64,000 nt of DNA from assembly GCA_963743915.1 (NCBI GenBank), contig CAVURN010000001.1, positions 608,001 through 672,000 on the forward strand. The letters are read 5' to 3'. This document shows, one piece after another, positions 59,963 to 64,000 of the stretch. Positions within the stretch are counted from its first letter, which is position 1, and each line of letters starts with the position of its first letter. The DNA is from an uncultured Actinomycetota bacterium (GTDB lineage: Bacteria > Actinomycetota > Actinomycetes > JAHEKZ01). The position numbers and the translations under genes are program-made. The notes below the pieces were generated by a model, which worked only from the letters and a program-made list of their open reading frames with translations, ran no database searches and was not told the DNA's origin.

Positions 59963-60757
59963 CTACGACAGCAGGAGTGTGTCGAGCCCTCGCACCAGGC
60001 CCACGATGCCGGGTACCGCTCGTGCCGCGAGCAGCGTCCCTGCGACGTAGGGAGCTGGCGAGTCCTCGGCGTCATGGCGAATGGTCAGTCGCTCGTGATC
60101 GGCGGCGAACACGACCTCCGTCGACACGATGAAGCTGGGCAACCGGACGGAGTGCACCTGAGTGCCGCTGACGTCCGCCCCGCGTGCCTCAGCCAGGCCC
60201 TGGACGTCTGCCAACGGCACGACCAGGGACGAGGTCGAGATCTCGCCGAGCCGGTCGGCGAGCTCACGAGCAGTTCCGCTCGGGGCGTCGGGCTTCGACT
60301 CTGACGCGTAGTCGATGATCTCGCGGCGAGGAAGAAACCGCGCCGCCAGCAACGCGGCCGCTTGAGCCATCGCCGCCGTGACACTGAAGTTCCCGGCGGC
60401 CACCACGCCGACGCCGGAGCTCCGGGCGCTTTCGTCGATGGCTGCGTAGTCATCGGCGGACAACCCACTGCTGCCGATCACGACGTGCACGCCCGCATCG
60501 ATGGCTGCCGTCACATGGCTCATGACTGCGCTGGCGGAGGTGTAGTCGATCAGTACCGAGGCGTCTCCCAGTGCCTCGGTGACGCTGCCGGCGACGGTCA
60601 CCCCGATCGGTCCGGTTCCCCACGCCTCGCCCAGGTCCCGTCCCCCGGCCGAGCGAGAGACAGCCCCCCGGAGCGCGAGGTCGCTGGAGGCCAGGACGGC
60701 CTCTGCAACGGCGCGCCCCGTCCACCCGGTTGCCCCCGCCACGCAGATCGCGCTCAT
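59963..60757 (-). CDS. DapB-like 4-hydroxy-tetrahydrodipicolinate reductase paralogue
   Basis: GATGWTG, IDYT, GSSG, GNFS, KPDAPSGTA, HSVRLP; the catalytic HH is absent. Confidence 0.8.
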   Translation of the reverse strand: MSAICVAGATGWTGRAVAEAVLASSDLALRGAVSRSAGGRDLGEAWGTGPIGVTVAGSVTEALGDASVLIDYTSASAVMSHVTAAIDAGVHVVIGSSGLSADDYAAIDESARSSGVGVVAAGNFSVTAAMAQAAALLAARFLPRREIIDYASESKPDAPSGTARELADRLGEISTSSLVVPLADVQGLAEARGADVSGTQVHSVRLPSFIVSTEVVFAADHERLTIRHDAEDSPAPYVAGTLLAARAVPGIVGLVRGLDTLLLS

Positions 60758-60768
60758 GACGCTCCTTC

Positions 60769-61980
60769 TCAGCCGATCGACACCGTCACCACGCGGTCGT
60801 CGCCGGGCCGGGGTGCGCCGCGTCCGTCGGTGTTGCTCGTCGTGAGCCACAGCCGCCCATCGGGGCCGACGGCGACGGTGCGGATGCGCCCCAGCGTGTC
60901 CTGGAGCGCGCCGACGGGTTCGTGGGCCCGGTCACCGGTGACCTGGATCTGCCAGAGACGCTCTCCGCGCAGGGCACTCATGTAGAGCACCCCGCGTCCG
61001 TCGTCCGAGGTGCCGGTGGACACCCAGGCCAGGCCACTCGGCGATGCCTGGTCCGTGGGCCAGGTGACCTGGGGGTCGACGAGGCCGGGCTGGTTGCCGA
61101 CGCCCTCGACCCGTGGCCACCCGTAGTTGCGACCCGGCTCGATGAGGTTCAGCTCGTCGAAGGCCGACGAGCCGAACTCGCTGGCCCAGAGGCGCCCGCC
61201 GTCGTCGAAGGCGAGGCCCTGGACGTTTCGGTGTCCGTAGCTCCACACGGGGGACCGTGGGAAGGGGTTGTCCGTCGGGATCGAGCCGTCGGGCGCCAGG
61301 CGGAGGATCTTGCCGGCCAACGAGTCCAGGTTCTGCGCGTTCTCCGGAACGCCAGCATCACCGGTCGTGGCGTAGAGCATGCCGTCCGGTCCGAACAGCA
61401 GACGTCCGCCGTCGTGGTACGACGCCCGGGGGATGCCGGTCAGCACCTCACGGGCGTCGCGTAGCTGGCCCCTGACCAGACGCATGACCAGGATGCGGTT
61501 GTCGGACGCCGCGGTGAGGTACGCGTAGATGCTCCGGTCCTCGCTGAACGTGGGGGACACGGCAAGTCCGAGCAGACCTCCCTCGCCGTCAGGGGTGACG
61601 CCGGGCACCTCGCCGACGCTCGTGGGCGCAGCATCGACGCCGACCTGCAGCACCCGTCCTGTCGTGCGCTCGGCCACGAGGGCGCTGCCGTCGGGAAGGA
61701 AGGTGAGCCCCCAGGGCACGGACAGTCCGGTCGCGACGTCGACGGGTCGTCCCAGCTGCGGGAGGCCGACCCCGGCTCCGTCCGTGGCCTCACCCGAGGA
61801 GACGCTCGGAAGCGGCTCAACCGGTGGTGGGGTGGCGGCACCCACGATGTCGGCGTCGGGGACCCAGGGGAGGACCCGCCACTGCGTGGCGATGACCGCG
61901 AGCGCGGCGACGACCAGCACAGCGGCGACGACGGCGAGGGCGCGCGCCGGGCGGCGCGACGATGGGCTCTCGTTCGACAT
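60769..61980 (-). CDS. PQQ-dependent sugar dehydrogenase (glucose/sorbosone family), membrane-anchored
   Basis: PWGLTFLPDG, GEGGLLG, HDGGRL.FGPDG, GHRNVQG, NYGWP. Confidence 0.92.
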   Translation of the reverse strand: MSNESPSSRRPARALAVVAAVLVVAALAVIATQWRVLPWVPDADIVGAATPPPVEPLPSVSSGEATDGAGVGLPQLGRPVDVATGLSVPWGLTFLPDGSALVAERTTGRVLQVGVDAAPTSVGEVPGVTPDGEGGLLGLAVSPTFSEDRSIYAYLTAASDNRILVMRLVRGQLRDAREVLTGIPRASYHDGGRLLFGPDGMLYATTGDAGVPENAQNLDSLAGKILRLAPDGSIPTDNPFPRSPVWSYGHRNVQGLAFDDGGRLWASEFGSSAFDELNLIEPGRNYGWPRVEGVGNQPGLVDPQVTWPTDQASPSGLAWVSTGTSDDGRGVLYMSALRGERLWQIQVTGDRAHEPVGALQDTLGRIRTVAVGPDGRLWLTTSNTDGRGAPRPGDDRVVTVSIG

Positions 61981-62041
61981 CCGGCCATCATGCCGCCACG
62001 GCCTGGCCTTGGCCTGATGTGGCGGGGCTACGGTGACGCCC

Positions 62042-63005
62042 ATGCCTGCGACCACTCCGCCGAGCCCTCGATCGGTCTGGCTGCCGTTCGACGACTGGGC
62101 GGAGAACCTGCGGCCACCCGCCGGGCTCACCGTCGAGGTCTGGCGGAGCGGGATGCCACTGCCTTCCACCGCCGATCGCGTCCGGTTCTACGTACCTGAG
62201 TACATGGGGCCGGCGAGCACCCTCGAGGTGATGGCGTCCCTGCCGTCCCTCGAGGTGGTCCAGACCCTGACCGCTGGGTACGACGACGTCATGTCGCACC
62301 TGCCTGACGGGGTGGCGTTGTGCAACGCGGCCGGTGTGCATGACGCCAGCACGGCGGAGCTCGCCGATCGGGCTGGCCATCGCCGGCCTGCGGGGATTCG
62401 CGGGGTTCGTGCGGTCTCAGGACCAGGGCATCTGGCTGCATGCGCGGCACGACGCCCTGGCCGACCGGCGGGTGCTCCTGATGGGTGCGGGTGCGGTGGG
62501 CTCGGCGATCGCCGAGCGGATGCGTCCGTTCGAGGTGCAGCTCGAGGTGGTCGGCACCCGGGCGCGCCCCGGCGTGCACGGGATCGACGAGCTGGATCAT
62601 CTGCTGCCGACCGCCGAGGTCGTCGTGCTCGCTGTTCCGTACGGTGCCGCGACCCACCATCTGGTGGACGCGGAGTTCCTCGCGAATCTTCCCGACGGAG
62701 CCTTGGTCGTCAATGTGTCCCGTGGTGCTGTGGTCGACACCGAGGCGCTTCTTGCGGAGCTGCAGACCGGACGCCTGCGAGCCGCGCTCGACGTCACTGA
62801 CCCCGAACCGTTACCACCCGATCACCCCCTGTGGCGTGCACGCAACGTGGTCATCACCCCGCACGTCGGCGGTGACACGTCGGCGTTCCTCCCACGAGCC
62901 TGGCGCTTGCTGCAGGCGCAGCTCACCCGGTACGCCGCGGGCGAGCCGCTGACCAATCTGGTGCGACCGGGCCTTGTCGCGGGGTCTGCACACCCACAAG
63001 ACTGA
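62042..63005 (+). CDS. D-2-hydroxyacid dehydrogenase (frameshift near 62360)
   Basis: TAGYD, NAAGVH, GAGAVG, NVSRG, DVTDPEP, TPHVGG. Confidence 0.88.
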
Positions 63006-63036
63006 TCGACGCCAGTCACGCGAGGAGGTCGTTGAG

Positions 63037-64000
63037 ATGGGCACACGCATGCTCGCCGTCGGAACGCGCAAGGGGTTGTTCCTCGGCCGCTCGACCGATG
63101 GGGTCTCGTGGGACTGGGAGGGGCCCCACCACGCGATGGCGGCGGTCGCCGCCGTGGCCATCGACACCCGCCGGCAGCACCCGCGGCTCCTGGCGGGTGG
63201 TCGCAACGAGCACTGGGGTCCCGCCGTGTTCACCTCCGACGACCTCGGTGCGACGTGGTCGGAGGAGCCCGGAGGGTCCATCGCCTTCCCCTCCGACACC
63301 GGGGCCGAGGTCGAGCAGGTCTGGCAGCTCCAGCCCGGGCCGGCCAGCCGGCCGGACGAGGTCTGGGCCGGCGTGGAGCCGTCGGCGCTCTTCCGATCAG
63401 GGGACGGCGGCCGCACCTTCTCCCTCGTGCGCGGGCTCTGGGACCACCCGCACCGCAAGGACTGGAGGCCCGGGGCAGGCGGGCAGTGCCTGCACACCGT
63501 GCTGCCCCATCCTCAGGACGCCGACCGGGTCATGGTCGCGATGTCCACGGGGGGTGTCTACGTCACCGACGACGGTGGGGACTCGTGGGGACCGTCGAAC
63601 CGAGGGGTGGGCGCGCCCTTCATGCCCGAACCGGCGCCGGAGTACGGCCAGTGCGTGCACAAGGTCGTTCGGGATGCCGTCGACCCGGACCTGCTGGTCC
63701 TGCAGAACCACGGCGGGGTGTTCCGCAGCACCGACGGGGGCGCGAGCTGGAGCAGCGCGACGGGAGGCCTGCCGGCCGACTTCGGTTTCGGTGTCGCGCA
63801 CACGGCGTCCGAAGGAGGCAGCTGGTTCCTCTTCCCGCTCTCGGCGGACCTCAACCGGTTCCCGGTCGGCGGCCGAGCCGGCGTGTACCGCAGCGACGAC
63901 GCCGGTCGCAGCTGGACGGACTCGTCGGTGGGGCTGCCGACGTCCGGCTTCCACACCATCGTGCTGAGGGACGCGCTCACCTGTGACGACGCCGACCCGG
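63037..64000 (+). CDS. BNR/Asp-box repeat beta-propeller (sialidase-like) protein, runs off the window
   Basis: MGTRMLAVGTRKGLF; repeated S/T-x-D-x-G-x-T/S-W boxes; GQCVHK; QNHGG; ggagg RBS. Confidence 0.85.
   Translation, partial: MGTRMLAVGTRKGLFLGRSTDGVSWDWEGPHHAMAAVAAVAIDTRRQHPRLLAGGRNEHWGPAVFTSDDLGATWSEEPGGSIAFPSDTGAEVEQVWQLQPGPASRPDEVWAGVEPSALFRSGDGGRTFSLVRGLWDHPHRKDWRPGAGGQCLHTVLPHPQDADRVMVAMSTGGVYVTDDGGDSWGPSNRGVGAPFMPEPAPEYGQCVHKVVRDAVDPDLLVLQNHGGVFRSTDGGASWSSATGGLPADFGFGVAHTASEGGSWFLFPLSADLNRFPVGGRAGVYRSDDAGRSWTDSSVGLPTSGFHTIVLRDALTCDDADP

Overview
High-GC actinomycete chromosomal segment, inferred from actinobacterial-type gene order and many apparently leaderless promoters. Core content in order: prmC(3' end)-sua5-LMW-PTP-glyA-wecA-like, the full atp operon, murA, nucS, etfBA, iscS-like-mnmA-short MetE-like-ligA, an rmdB-like GGDEF-EAL gene and gatCAB. 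Spread across 14-47 kb is a B12-dependent acyl-CoA/ethylmalonyl-CoA gene set (PduO-type adenosyltransferase, two hydroxyacyl-CoA dehydrogenases, ecm/meaA, ccr, epimerase, thiolase, meaB, icmA-like mutase). Several genes carry frameshifts, densely so at about 41.7-53.5 kb; because essential genes are hit, these are most likely long-read consensus errors. The most notable signals are: (1) a solitary AbiEi-wHTH/DUF559 (Vsr-like) endonuclease gene exactly bracketed by ~50-bp imperfect inverted repeats with no transposase, a candidate selfish element; (2) a DUF222-HNH gene with a perfect PafBC/RecA-NDp promoter, a structured ~110-nt leader and a G/C skew inversion inside the gene; (3) a trimethyllysine-dioxygenase-like gene directly after atpC; (4) a BldD box before the c-di-GMP enzyme and a PafBC-like promoter before an EamA transporter; (5) insertions in LigA and AtpH and a DapB paralogue lacking the catalytic His-His. 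No rRNA, tRNA or CRISPR array was recognised. All family calls come from motif recognition by eye, not database searches.
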